Assembly: GCF_964204645.1 (NCBI RefSeq)
Contig: NC_134035.1
Span: 868,001 to 932,000, forward strand
Direction of reading: 5' to 3'
DNA: 64,000 bases
Source: Tubulanus polymorphus
Taxonomy: Eukaryota; Animalia; Nemertea
Shown here: positions 51,221 through 63,876 of the stretch, piece after piece
Numbering within the stretch: the stretch's first letter is position 1
Layout: every line of letters begins with the position of its first letter
Notes under the pieces: generated by a model
Seen by the model: the letters and a program-made list of their open reading frames with translations, nothing else
Told to the model about the DNA's origin: nothing
Databases searched by the model: none
Translations under genes and position numbers: made by a program

Positions 51221-51869
51221 TTTCTACTCATATTTCACAAACTTTTCCCCCATTAAGCCGCAAATCATGACTATATCCGAGTTTGTCGGCTTTGTGACAA
51301 CGACTATCAGAATGCTAGGTTACAGTTTTTCATCATAAACAGCCGACGATAATAAAAGATTTTCATGTACCGTGTAAAATTATGAACGCTATTTCGCAAA
51401 AGTACACGGTTGTGGCGGGGACGGTTTTTTTTTTTTTGTAGCGGGTCACGTAGAGTGTTTCCTGCGCGAGGACTCCGGGCATTCAGCCGACGAACAATCG
51501 TCGACGTGGCGACACGCTGAAAATGACAATCCCGCATTGACCCGCGATAACAACCGCCGCATTAAACTCGGCGCGCACACAAAAAAACATTTCATACCCG
51601 CACAAAAGGTTAACGCCGACGAACGACGTAATAATATAACGAAATTCCAGCGCGTAAAATCCACGCTTTATTGGTAACACGATAAACCAATCGCTACGCG
51701 ACTTGCATGCGTAATTCGCTTTTGTCCGCGGCACAATGGTCGTAAAGAAATCGTACAGATTGACACTGAAATAACGGCCTAATGTACAATCGTGTATAAT
51801 AGTTCCAACGAAATTCAAAGCGTATCCTGTTTTGTATTCGCGGCGAGATGCGGTGGTACCCGTATAGAA

Positions 51870-52062
51870 TGGGTCGACCGGTTACACAACGCGGGTCGAC
51901 CGGTTACACAACGCGGTTCGACCGGTTACACAACGTGGGTTGACCGGTTACACAACGTGGGTCGACCGGTTACACAACACGGGTCGACCGGTTACACAAC
52001 ATGGGTCGACCGGTTATATAATGCAGGTCGACCAGTTGCAAAACATCGAGTTGACTGGTTGT
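51870..52062. repeat. Minisatellite, 22-bp unit, ~8 copies, decaying rightward
   Basis: GGGTCGACCGGTTACACAACRY units. Confidence 0.95.
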
Positions 52063-52064
52063 AG

Positions 52065-52200
52065 GGTTTTAACAATCTCCCTCTTGACTTAAGGGGCTTC
52101 CTCAGTAGGAAGGCCATCCTCCCCTGGCAGAGATTTGAACCTGATGGCTTCGAAACCCTGCCACACTCGTCCGGATGCGCAGTTTAGATGATGTCATAAT
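52065..52200 (-). mobile_element. Possible tRNA-derived SINE head fragment
   Basis: Minus strand GGTTCAAATCTCTGCCAGG (Pol III B-box-like) at 52123-52141; no convincing A box. Confidence 0.35.
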
Positions 52201-54059
52201 TAGCCAATCAGATATTCCATTTCATTTGAGCCTGTTCAGTATTCGATGTGAACTTTTTTGAATGTTAGAAATTAAGTTTAGAAATCGCGCTTTTCCTCCT
52301 CGTGCGTTTCGACGGATTCTATTTCCGTTTCGGGCGCGCTTTGTTACTGAGGTGTTTTGTTCTGTCCTCGATTGTGGACAGTAAGTTGGCGACGACGACG
52401 AGGACGACTTCGTCATTGTTGACCAATCATCCATCATAATACTTGTCGACCGATATTTGAGTAAAGATGGAGCCGACTATCGTCTATCGCGCGTAATCGG
52501 TCAACGTTCATTCGATAATCGTGTTTGTTTTATGATCACGTCTCCTCTCTCTCTCACGTGTCCATTTAGACTGACAAGTTCGTCACATGAATTATTCTAT
52601 CTCGATACTGTATATGAACTCAGTTCGCTCGGTTGTCACTTTGTAAATTGTAGCCAAAATGATGGATCCATCTCTTGATCTCTTTTCTACACAAACTATC
52701 GCGCTCTCCTCCACTGCGAAAACACCGTCTGCCCACGAGATTCGCGAGTGCCGATTTAGTTCTACCATATGAGTTATATTTCTACTCCAGTATTGTTGAA
52801 GGATATTATATTTTGCACAAAGTTTGGGCTGCTGCTGATGCAACTGAATCTCGGGCGCGTTTGCAGAGTAAAATACATTTTTATATTGTAGAAAATCCCA
52901 CAACAACTAACAACGAAAAAATGATATTTAGTCCGAAAATGTTTCCTTGTTAGTATGTGAGCTTTAGATATTGTAATGATAATCTTCAGGAATACTGAGT
53001 TACAACAGAAATTATGGAATATATAAAATCCTGAACAGACGATACTGATCAAGTATTCAAAAGCGATACAAACTAAGGGGAAATTAACATAGAACATAGT
53101 TACAAGCTAAACAGATTAAAGAGGAGCAAACTAGGGGGGGGGGGTGGGGTAATACAATAGTGAATATAGATATGGATTTAAATCAAATGATAGATATCAA
53201 AGTGACGATTCGAACTAAAAACAAAAATTGAATTTCAATTCATCGAATGAAACTTCGTTTGATGATAACCAGGAGTCGATAGATTATAGTCGATCAATCA
53301 AACGACTTTAGTCAAAGAAAAGATCATTGATTTTGTATAAAAAAAAGAAACATTTCTCAACAACTTCAATAAATCTGCAGCCCGCGAACCACTCCACCCC
53401 ATTCAGACTGGTTCACGCATTATTACGTCGCATATTATGACAACTACAATTATTAAATAGAATTGTATATATCGGTGGTGGTGTTGGTACGAGCTGTATG
53501 AATAATCGTTTGTCGTCGTTCTGCGAGAGACTGGACAAGTACCGGAATCGGGTAAGTATTATGAATCTGTCAACCGGGGCCCCATCGACTCGGCGTCGTA
53601 GCCGCGAGCGATCGTGGTCAATTGTTGGCCGGCGTCCATTCTTGCGCGCTCGTTCAAAATGATAGATAGCGTACAATGAGACATTGTTGAGTGTCGAACG
53701 TGTAGATTTTCGGCGTTTCGACGACGAATTGACGAACACTTGAACGACGACGCCGCCGTCAACTCATTCCGCGTCGCGCTATTACTATATGTACATAATC
53801 GTGAGGCCCCTCGAGTCTCGGCGCGCCGTGTTTGGCGTGTGTACATTTCATTGTGCGTTCGTTGTTGTAAAAGCCATCTCGCGCCATCGCTCGGTACCGG
53901 TACCCGTCGCCTAGTATTAGAACGATGACAAGTGCTTATTGTCTGAGATCGAATACATTTCAGTTTCGTTAACTGTTCTTCATTATCACAGTCAGTCTAA
54001 TGTTAGTCAGGTTTTGTGCAAAAGTTCCCCCCGAAATTGTGGCTTCCCCGTTAAGACTG

Positions 54060-54310
54060 CAGTTACATCAATCAATTTTATTTGTGGGTTTAGAAATATG
54101 AGGTGTTACTGAAGGTGTGATCCCTTCATAACTGATTCGAATAAGTTAAAGTTATAAGTTAGGTAAACTTGTTTATTTGCGCTATAATAATGTATAGTAG
54201 CTTCATTCACCTTGATAACTGGAACATTTTCTTTCATATTTCAATGAAATTGTTTTGCGAATATTTCATCTTGTTACTGATAGCACTTTATGGAGGTTTT
54301 ATTGAATAGC
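54060..54310 (+). mobile_element. Family F degraded copy
   Basis: AGAAATATGAGGTGTTACTGAAGGT (single unit of the 56-bp repeat) and TTTCATATTTCAATGAAAT...TTACTGATAGCACTTTA. Confidence 0.7.
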
Positions 54311-55239
54311 CTTGAAAATACCCTGTGTCTACCCCCGCACCTGTCTGTGGTGCCGTCATTTTAGCAATGTAAAACTTCATTCAGTGTAGATCGAGTTGAA
54401 AAAGTTGTAGCCGAAAATAACGCAAACAACGATGTCGACGCCGTCAATGGCTGTCTAGTAGTGTTTGTTGGGAAAGTTGTAGCACGCGGCGGAGTTGTAG
54501 AGTTCAACTTATCATCGGCATCAACAATACCGAGTTATGTCCATTGTCAGTTATAGACCGGCGGTTTGCCTCTAAAAAGTTCTGTTTAGCGCATGTGGTT
54601 TTGTTTATCTTCTTGTAAAGATATTCCCCGCATGAGATTTGATATAATCGCAAAAATTGCTTAGTCGCTCCGCGCGCTTCCGTGTGCTCGCAGCGATCTA
54701 TGAGGTGAGCGCGGTTTTTTTGCGATGCGAGGCATTTTAGCGTGTTTTTAAGCGGCTCTCTCGTGCGCCACGGCAGGGTCTACGCGGAACACAATTGGCT
54801 AAGGAGGAGCGCTCAGTTAGAATATCGGTTTACCGCAGCAGCGGCTAGCATTAATTGACATCTGTAAAACCTTTTAGTCGACAGTAACTGAAGAAGCCCC
54901 GGTAACACAATGAGCATTAACTGATATTCATTACCGTCTGTTTCTCGACTTTTGTTGTTGAATATGTTCCATTACCAACAATGAGAGATGAGAATAACCC
55001 GTAATCAAGATCACTTTCCTCGTTCCGGCGCTGCGGGTCAAAAGTTTTTCATAGGCCGTTTTATCGATAACAAAGTACGAGATACAAGGAGATACAAGGC
55101 GTATAGGCCTAGTTGACTGAATATTTGTCAGACATGATGGGAAATTCTTATTCATATTATTTGGGATTTACATCTCCATCCATTCGTGGGTCATTGCATC
55201 CATCTGAATGTTGATGAAAGTTGATGAACATTTCAGGAG

Positions 55240-55528
55240 CGCATGCAGGTGATTTAACCCAAGTCAAATTTGGCCCATGACTAATTAGAGAGTGCAGTAA
55301 ACCTCTCACTAAATACTAAACAATGCTTAATCAAAGCAAAGTGAATCACTTCCAGAACCAGCTGCAATTCACATACAATTCTTTGACCCATACTAGAATT
55401 TGGCTCTGGCCTGGTCTGACGTTTTTGGTCAGTCTAAACAGAAAAGATACGGACCCATCTGTGGGTCTGTGGTGCGAGCCGCGTGAATGAGTGGCGCCGG
55501 CCCAATTTAGTCCATGCGTGATTTTGGC
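55240..55528 (-). mobile_element. Family D MITE, reverse
   Basis: TACTAAACAATGCTTAA..AGTGAATCACTTCCAGAACCAGCTGCAATTCACA core. Confidence 0.82.
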
Positions 55529-56053
55529 TATCAACCGATTTGAAACCCTGGTATAGGAAGCTCTTCCATCAGCACAATGCGCTGTCTGTTCAACCATTGG
55601 ATACACCACATGGTGTAAATATTGTTGTGTAAGAATTACCCGTAGTAAACACAGGTAAGAGAGAAGAGTTTATAGAAGACAACTGCGTTGTGTATGTGTG
55701 TGTACTGGGGCATTAGTCAGAAGTTGTTTACTACACTTCACCTGCCACATCAAAAGCCGTTCCCATTCATCTGCCCTGAATTCATTGTCGTCGAAGATAA
55801 ATGAAGTTCCTGTTCTGAGGGGCCCAGAGAGTTGAGAGGCGAATATAAAAATGAAAGGTAGTTTAAAGTTCTTTGTTTATTCTAGACGTTTATGGTCTTG
55901 AGATAATAGAAGTTAGATCTGTAAACATTCTTAGGATTTCTCTGGGATTTTCGAAGTGAAGGGTCCTAGAACTGCAAGCCATCATCTCTCGCTGATTATG
56001 CAATCTTGTGTGGATAAAAGTACAACATTCCTGAACATAGATGACTGCACAAA

Positions 56054-56305
56054 GCCCGTGATTGCCGGGAGATGATTTGGCCCGATCTCTAATTTGGCCC
56101 GGATTCTGCCCGAATCAGGCCACACAGACCACTCCATTGATACTAAACAATGCTTAAACAAAGTTAAGGGAGTCATTTCCGGAACCAGTTGCAATTCACA
56201 AACGCAATCATTCGACCCTTACTAAAATTTGGCTAGGGCCTGGTATGGGCATATTTGGTTGTTCTTGACCAAATTTGGACCGGGCCAGAATGTGCTATGG
56301 CATAT
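56054..56305 (-). mobile_element. Family D MITE, reverse
   Basis: GATACTAAACAATGCTTAAACAAAG..GAGTCATTTCCGGAACCAGTTGCAATTCACA core. Confidence 0.82.
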
Positions 56306-58452
56306 TGTATGGACATATTTTGACCCAAGTTACCATCCGTCAACGGATCAGGTCAAGGTATTCAGTATCAAACTCTGCGCTCGTACCTGTCTCTCTCCTC
56401 ATTTTTCGAAGGTATTCAGTACCAGTTTACAGTTTACAGTTTTGCTCAACGATAAATACAATTGAACAGCACAAAATGTATAAATTCAGTTCATATTATA
56501 CAAATACTAATAATTAATATGATAACAATAATTTCAAGCGAAGGCTGGTAAGCATTTGTTTAAAAAATATAGATAACTTGATCAAAGTTTTTCTGTTTGA
56601 ATTAAGTCGCAGCTGTAGGGTAAGATCAGTTGGGTGTCGCCAATACTTACTCCCCGCTCGTACTGTCTCTCTGTCCTCGACTGGGCTGCGATGTTGAATG
56701 AGACTGTTTTGTTTTAGATCAGTCGTGTAATCGCTCGTAGTAACACTGGTGTGTATAGTTGTTGTAACAATGTTTTCATGCACAATGACGACAACAACGA
56801 CAATGCGATTAACCGACGAATCCAAACTCGATTAAGTCGACGAATGTTCGTAGTTTTTATGCGTCTGTTCCGTCCAAAAATTGAATTAACGACCGACAAC
56901 GTATCGTTGGCTCGTTAATCGAATTCCGCGATGGCCGCCGTTTTCGACGCTTTGTCCGTTGTTGTGTTCGGAGAGGAGTTTTTATTTATTTCTCGTTTTA
57001 GAAATTCGATCCTCGTTCAACGTTGTTGTAATTTTTAGATGATCCAAGAATGTTTGCAGGTCGAAATTTTAAAGTGCCTTTTTATTTTTTTTCTCTGTAT
57101 CAAAATTTTCCTGTAGTTACCACCCCAAATACACAATAGCTATTTTTCCTAAATATATAACCTATGTTTCTTGACTAAATGCCTCTCAGAGATGCTCTAA
57201 AAGGATAGTGAAATTTCAGAATTTTGCTGATACGCCTTTCCGCCCTAAATTAAGAATATACGCCCTTTTTATTGGTCGACATGGTCACAACATGCCCCTG
57301 GATCACCCCTGTTTTGTGAGACGAAGTCAGGTGTATACTTCAAGCAGTCCCCACGCCAGCAGGCCTAAAGTTTACCCCAAGAAATATCTGAAATATCATC
57401 CAATAGAATTGCCCCCCACCAAGAATGAAATAATAGGTATGTCGTATTAAATGTTCAGATCGTCGGTCTTTATAAAATTGTGAATGTGCGAAGTGGTGCG
57501 AGTTCCAGGCTGCAAGTGATACTTTCATTACAAATACGAATCCATTATTCGACTCTCATTTCAGCTCGGCACGTAGGAGTGAATAACAGAACGCTCGTAA
57601 CGAAAGAAATCTCACTTTCCCACTCTCTTGTTAAGTCGTAGTCGACAGCGACGATGGAGAGGGGAAAAAAAAGAAAAACTTTTCAATTAAAATTCGAGCG
57701 CAGCTGAAAGCGTATTATCACTCCTTTACGGTAAACAAAGGCAATTAAAACGCGTCGTGGAAATCTGGCGGGAGATAAAGCTCCCCCATTGAAAACGGTA
57801 ACTATACAGCTCATTAAAACGCTACAATAATAATGACTTGTTCGACGATGTTTAAAACGCGCGCGGGTGCGAATCGGGAGAAAAATTGAAAAATCTGCGC
57901 GGAATCATAAAACGTGCGAATGGTGCGATTTCGCGGCAGATGCGTTCGCGGCGTAATTGCCTAAATCGACTGATGTTCCGTGTCAAATTTTACGAAGCGA
58001 ACCCCGGTCGACTCGAACGACGACGATAGAATGCTTTTACTGTTAATTGTACGGAAGAATAACGGAATAACGGCCGCCGTGGTAACGTTTCCGAAACTAC
58101 GAATTTAATGAGCGTCGGGTTTTTAAATAATCGTTCGTTCACGATCGAGTCGCGGCGATATTGAAAACGAGCGTCGCTGCGACGACGACGTTTTAGGTTG
58201 AATTGTTCATTAAGCGACGAGGACGAACAAAACGAGGTGTCGTTTACTGCGACGGTGGCAAAGTTTTTACGACGATCGCGATCGTTTGTCAAGAGTACGT
58301 ACTTTTACTACTCTACGTGAGAGAGAATGAAATCATCGCCTGCGCTCTGAATTAAATAATTGCCGCGATGTAATTATCTCTGATTTCGAACTGAACGCAC
58401 CGTAGAAAGATTCGTCCATAAAAAACTACTGATTTTGTTTTGTTAAGTTAAA

Positions 58453-58708
58453 GCCACGACGATCGTATGAGCATTTTTGTGGCCCATGCCAAAGAACATC
58501 GGACCAGGTCTGAGCCAAATTTCAGCTTGTGTCTGATTATTGCGCTTGAATTGCAACTGGTTCCAGAATTGATTAACTTCGCTTTGTTTAAGCATTGTTT
58601 AGTATCGACTGAGTGGTTCACGTGTGAATGCCTTCTCTAATTAGACACGGACCAAATTTTACTCAGGCCTGATCCGTGCCAATTTGGCCCGTCTCTGTGT
58701 GTTCACCT
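58453..58708 (+). mobile_element. Family D MITE
   Basis: GAATTGCAACTGGTTCC..CTTTGTTTAAGCATTGTTTAGTATCG core. Confidence 0.82.
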
Positions 58709-59126
58709 CTTTTTAGTTCTTCGAGATCCACCCCCTTTTAAAAAATTCCCCCCTAACATTAACTTCTATTACGTTTGTTTTATGGTGCGTTATTTTATTT
58801 GAAAGACCGCAAACGGTGTCCATTAAAAAGTATCTCGCAGCTGAATTTAGAATTAGAGGTAACATTACCTTCTCATCTCATTCAGCTGATGAGATGTTAT
58901 TGCAAGGTGTTACTGGTAATTTCTGTTATTTCATTAGCGAGACCGATGAGTAGTGCACCGCGAGAGCAATAGAAATGTTTATTACTTTTGAATAAAGAAT
59001 AGTCGAGCTGTTAAAACTAATGCTATTTTTTTTCCGCCCATCAAATTCCCTTACATTTACGGTGGAATGACTCACAGTCCCACTTATCTATTTCCCAACT
59101 GCCATTATTTGGCCAAAATCTAGTAA

Positions 59127-59409
59127 GCCGCGATCACAAGAGTGTTTTAGTGCCCCAGGACTAACTTGGCCCGGAACAACTGTTCATACAGGTGCCAAAT
59201 GGGCCCGTGTCTGTTCGGCCCAAATTTAGCTTGACCAAAAACTTTTGACCAGTCCCCAGCCAAATTTTAGCACTGGTCAAATTATTGACTGGAGGTGACT
59301 CACTTTGTTTGAGCATTATTATTTAGTAATGACTGAGTGGTTTACGTGTGAAATTTGATCGGGGCCTGATCCGTGCCAAATCGTCTCCGTGTGATCATGT
59401 GATCGCGGC
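59127..59409 (+). mobile_element. Family D MITE with perfect TIRs
   Basis: TAA|GCCGCGATCACA ... TGTGATCGCGGC|TAT. Confidence 0.9.
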
Positions 59410-59475
59410 TATAGAAAAAAGATAAAAAAGCAGTTTTTCAGCTGGCTTCTGTCATCCAATCTCCTTTCACTTGCG

Positions 59476-59513
59476 TGCTAAGATTGTGTTTTTATTTTCT
59501 TTTTTAGGTAAGC
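59476..59513 (+). promoter_or_regulatory. Candidate recursive splice site (ratchet point) AG|GTAAGC
   Basis: TGCTAAG (branch-like), then TTTTTATTTTCTTTTTTAG immediately followed by GTAAGC; junction 59507/59508. Motif evidence only. Confidence 0.4.
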
Positions 59514-59894
59514 ATAGTTGAAGTAGATCATATGAAACACGGCTAAAAGAACTAACTGTGTTTTGAAACAGAAAAAATGAATGAGTTATGAAAGCAAGGA
59601 GAAGGCAGATAAGTCGGTTCTGTCCTTGCGGAGATGTTTCCGTAAGTTTTTGAATAGATCGCAGGTTTGTAAACAACAATGATCCCATGGCCAGGTATAA
59701 CATAAAAACAGGGTATGGAATTTTTTATTTCTTAGTTTATTTTTATTTTTTTTTTATTTTTTATTTCATTATTACCTAGTAGCTCTTCATTTCAAGCCAA
59801 GTGTGCTAGCCACTAGACTGCCAAGCTACTCTAGCTGACAGTTGTAGTAAGGAAGTTTGATTAGAACGGGAGTGAGCCGCAAAACCTTGAATTG

Positions 59895-59963
59895 TGAAAC
59901 CCTGCTCGAATCACAAGCCTCTGGCATGCCACCCCTCTGTCCTAACCACTAGTTCGCCGAGCT
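59895..59963 (-). mobile_element. Possible tRNA-derived SINE head
   Basis: Minus strand AGCTCGGCGAACTAGTGGTTAGG (A-box-like) ... GATTCGAG (B-box-like); a similar A-box segment at about 59800-59827. Confidence 0.35.
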
Positions 59964-62314
59964 GTGACTGATTTTGCTTACAATACTCTATCATTCTCTG
60001 AATATGTGAGTTTCAATTCCGTAAATTTAATACCTCATATCCGCAAGTCTACAATAAGTGCGCACACTTTCGAACAAATAACAGAACTTGTCAATAACTG
60101 ATTTATGTGTAGCTTATGTTTTCCGAAACAGATGCAACAAGCTATATTCCAACAATGAGTGCCAGTTGGCGGCAGGAAAGGCGCGATTGATTTATGAGCA
60201 TTGTTTGGTCATTATGACGTCAGAATTAGAAAAAAATTCAATCTCCAACATTGCGGAACAACATACTTACCTGTACCTACACCCACAATCATAAAATAGA
60301 AGAAAATACTTCTAAGTTGTTTGACATCTCTGTATTTTGATGCGTCTTCTATTACTGACATTGAACGATTAGTTTCTACTCTTAATATACGAAAGACTCC
60401 AACTTATTCATCCAATGTAAAATAACAATTAGTTTATCTTTGTCGTCTTGAGTAAGTTTTGATCTCAAAATAGGGATTGACCTTGTTATTTATTTGATTG
60501 ATAGTTTTCATTTGAATGTTGTTTTGATTTAGCGTCCCTTACAATCGCACCACACCTGCCGAGAGCAAAACAGGGTTTGATTTCGAAATTTGGAAATCGA
60601 AGTATAGATGTATAGTTGTGTGATCGGCGGTCAAATTAACAGAATTTTTTGTTGAAATCGAAGTTTGCAATTGGTAGTATAGGTTCAGGTTCATTCAAAC
60701 AATCTTCCAATCAGCGTGACCCGGCAAGCGACTGATCGCGGTCGTTTTAGATGGAGGGCTGATATTGATATTTTGGTCGTGAATATTATAGCTCTCAAAT
60801 TAGATAACTACTATTACACTACTTAATTCTCCTTACAATGATAGAAATGTCGGCCTTGACTGACTGGCGTTAATTTCATCGCCTGGCTACTGAAATAGCC
60901 GACTCTTGATTGTCTTCTTGTTCTTCTTCCTTCAAATCTCGGTCACCGAATTTAAATACATCTTCAGATCATTAACGAACATTAACAACAGCAAGAGGAA
61001 AGTATTGCAAACACTCTGCGCTCGCTCGTTGTTGCTGCACCGTGTATTGTTTAGATAATATTACACCCGGTAACTTCTATGCCTCTCGCTGGCTCGCAGC
61101 GGCAATCTTTTAATTGTAAGTTCACCTAATTAATCTAAAATTACAAGGCGTATTATGATGGGAACATTTTATTCGCTGCTTTCGTTGTTGTTTTCGGTTA
61201 CGGAAAACGCACTGAACCATTTAATTGCCATTAAGCAGAAACGCCGTCGAGGAGGACCGCGTAAAAATTTTCTTGCCTGATAAAAATTCGAGGAATGGTT
61301 TTTAACCATGATACCACCACTGCTAACTTCAATTGCTTGATGTGAAGCTGGTACTTAACAGGGGCAGAGATAGAAAATTTGGAAGTCCCGGGTCCAGAAG
61401 AAAAGGCTTTTTTCAGTTCAAGCAGCTATGTTAAAGGCCACTAACAGGGTCCCACCCTCGGTATGAGATATTCCGCGAGGATGATTGTCAAATTTGCAGG
61501 TTTTATACAATCATTGTCTTGACAAATAGGGCAATTCTTGCATTAAACCTCGTCGAAAATGATGAAATCGCGTTAGGTATATGTTGTCCCTTTTAAAAGA
61601 TTTAGCGTGAAAAATTCCGTTTATGGCATGAAAAAGGTGGAAAATGGCAATGTGAAAAAATATGAAAATTTCAGAAACTTTTGTCTAATCGCTGTAAGAG
61701 TGTATATTGTCTGTATTTGAATTTAGAAGGTCGAACTGAGGACGATCTTCTCTCAAATTCCATTATAACCGACTAAAAATGGCTTCGTCGAGATATCCGG
61801 TATTTTCCGGCCGTATCCAATTTATACCCGGCCGTTGTGTGACTGCTTTCATCGCCGGAGGCGACGGCAACAACGACGTCATCCGTCCGTATGTTAAAAA
61901 CATATCTATTTAAAACGATCAAAAAGTTTCGCGGGTGAAATTCAATGAAGCGATCATAAATTGCGGTGGTCGGATTTTCGTTGTCGCTCGAGAAACAAAA
62001 CCGTAATCGTCTTTGCCATCGCCGTCGACGACGCGGAGACAAAGCGCGCTGGTTGACAATACGCGCGCGCGAATGCCACAAGTTGTCGGCGTTAATGCGA
62101 TGAAATGTCCCGCGTCGTGTGAAGATAAACGTCTTACGGTGAGAACGAGAGACAGAGAGCTGAACGTTACCGGCGCTTATACTTGTAGCGCTTGATCGGT
62201 AAGCTGTTGTCTGATGATGCTACTACACCGGCATCAAAGCTTATTACGTACATATCAACCTCTCTGTTCTACACTTGTCACTTGAATTTGACTCAAAAAG
62301 TAATTATAACGTTA

Positions 62315-62622
62315 CAGGGTGGCGCCACTTACCTGGAAATCAGGGAAAAGTCAGGGAATTTTCTTTTCTTGGAAAAAAGTCAGGTTAGTCATGGAATTTG
62401 GTGAAATAGCTAAATATCAGGAAAACTTTGGGGAAATTTGTTGAGATTGTTAGGTCGCGCTTAGTTAAATAATTTCTGTCTATGTCTTACTTATTTGACT
62501 GTGTTAATTGATATTTGACTGTGTTAATTGATATTTGACTGTGTTAATTGATTCGATTCTTAGCAGATCAATTCAGGGAAAACAACGTGCATGTCAGGGA
62601 ATAGTCGGAGGGAAAAGGCAAA
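62315..62622 (+). mobile_element. hAT-like MITE family A1, right end truncated, with internal 20-bp triplication
   Basis: CAGGGTGGCGCCACTTACCTGGAAATCAGGG; TATTTGACTGTGTTAATTGA x3 at 62492-62551. Confidence 0.9.
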
Positions 62623-63876
62623 AATGTTTTGAGATTTTAAGATTTTGTTCATATCCTCTGTTGATATCCCTTCGGGAGAGGTTCCTGGTGTGACATAGCA
62701 ACCCCTTATAGTTTGTAAACTCTGAAGATGGAAGGAAGGAAAGAAACGAGAACGGTTGTGTAAAGTGATATTGTGCGTTTTTGCCCGATAATTTCAAACC
62801 TTAGCTGAATAGCCACATCAAGTGACACGAGTTTCCCTAACTTAAGGTTCGTCTTCATCAAAAACAGTCATAATAGATTTTGATGAAATATGTAGTTGTT
62901 TGAGTCATCTTTTCTTGCAATAAACACTATTGGTGTATTTGCCTCTACTCACCACATGTCATTGGCTTCGAAATAATATATACGGCCAAGTGTAAGTGGA
63001 ATGATAAAGTTTTATACGCCGCTGTCAAGAATGATTGTTTTTAAATGGAATTCTCTCTCTCTATCTCTAGCTCGCTCTACTTCATAAACGTTAATGCATA
63101 ATGCATAAAATGAGAAAATAATCGCTTGTGTTATTACTAGTATATTAAATAACGTTATTTTTTCAATGCGGGACTCCTCCCCCGACGAGACGAACGAAGA
63201 AACTCATTTCTTTTCGCATTCCGTGAACTCATTTCCATACTACGACGACGACGACTGAACGACCGAGTCCTCGAAATCGGCCATCGTTTATGCGACGTAC
63301 CATTTTCGCGGCAGCCTTTTAATTCTCTGTCTCACTCTTCTCTCCGTCTGTCTCTCTGTCGGGCGTGTGACAACAAGGATCCAATCGCAAACAAATCGGA
63401 CGTATTTCGTCGCATATAAATATATGTATGAAAAGTTTGTTATCGGCGCGTTGTTGTTGTTCGTCGTCGAACGTTCTTGAGGAAACTTGTTCTAGGGCTC
63501 TCGGCGGCGTATTTCAGATCGGTCCGCGTTTATGTAAATATCTGGCTGCTGAATATTTGCCTCAAATGTGTCACTGAATGACGCAGTCGATGACATTGTC
63601 ATCCGCCACCGAGAATTCGGCATATATATATATATATATATATTCATTTGCATCTCCGACTACAAAAGATATTTGAAATCAGGAGCCGCTGAAAAGTGGT
63701 TCTTTCTCTATTGATTGTGTTATTTACAAGTCAAGTTCTGCCTTGTAACTTGTCAGCCGGAGTTTGGAATTTCACCGGGAACTGAAGCCAAGTTCCAAGG
63801 TTATGACGAGAAAAACTAAGTCAAAGAGACTTGAATCTTAAGAGGGAAAAATGAACGACTTCTAAAAATCGTGATG

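Noticed and set aside
52065-52200. Functional tRNA gene
   Set aside because: Only a B-box-like word is present; no cloverleaf can be folded here or at 59895-59963.
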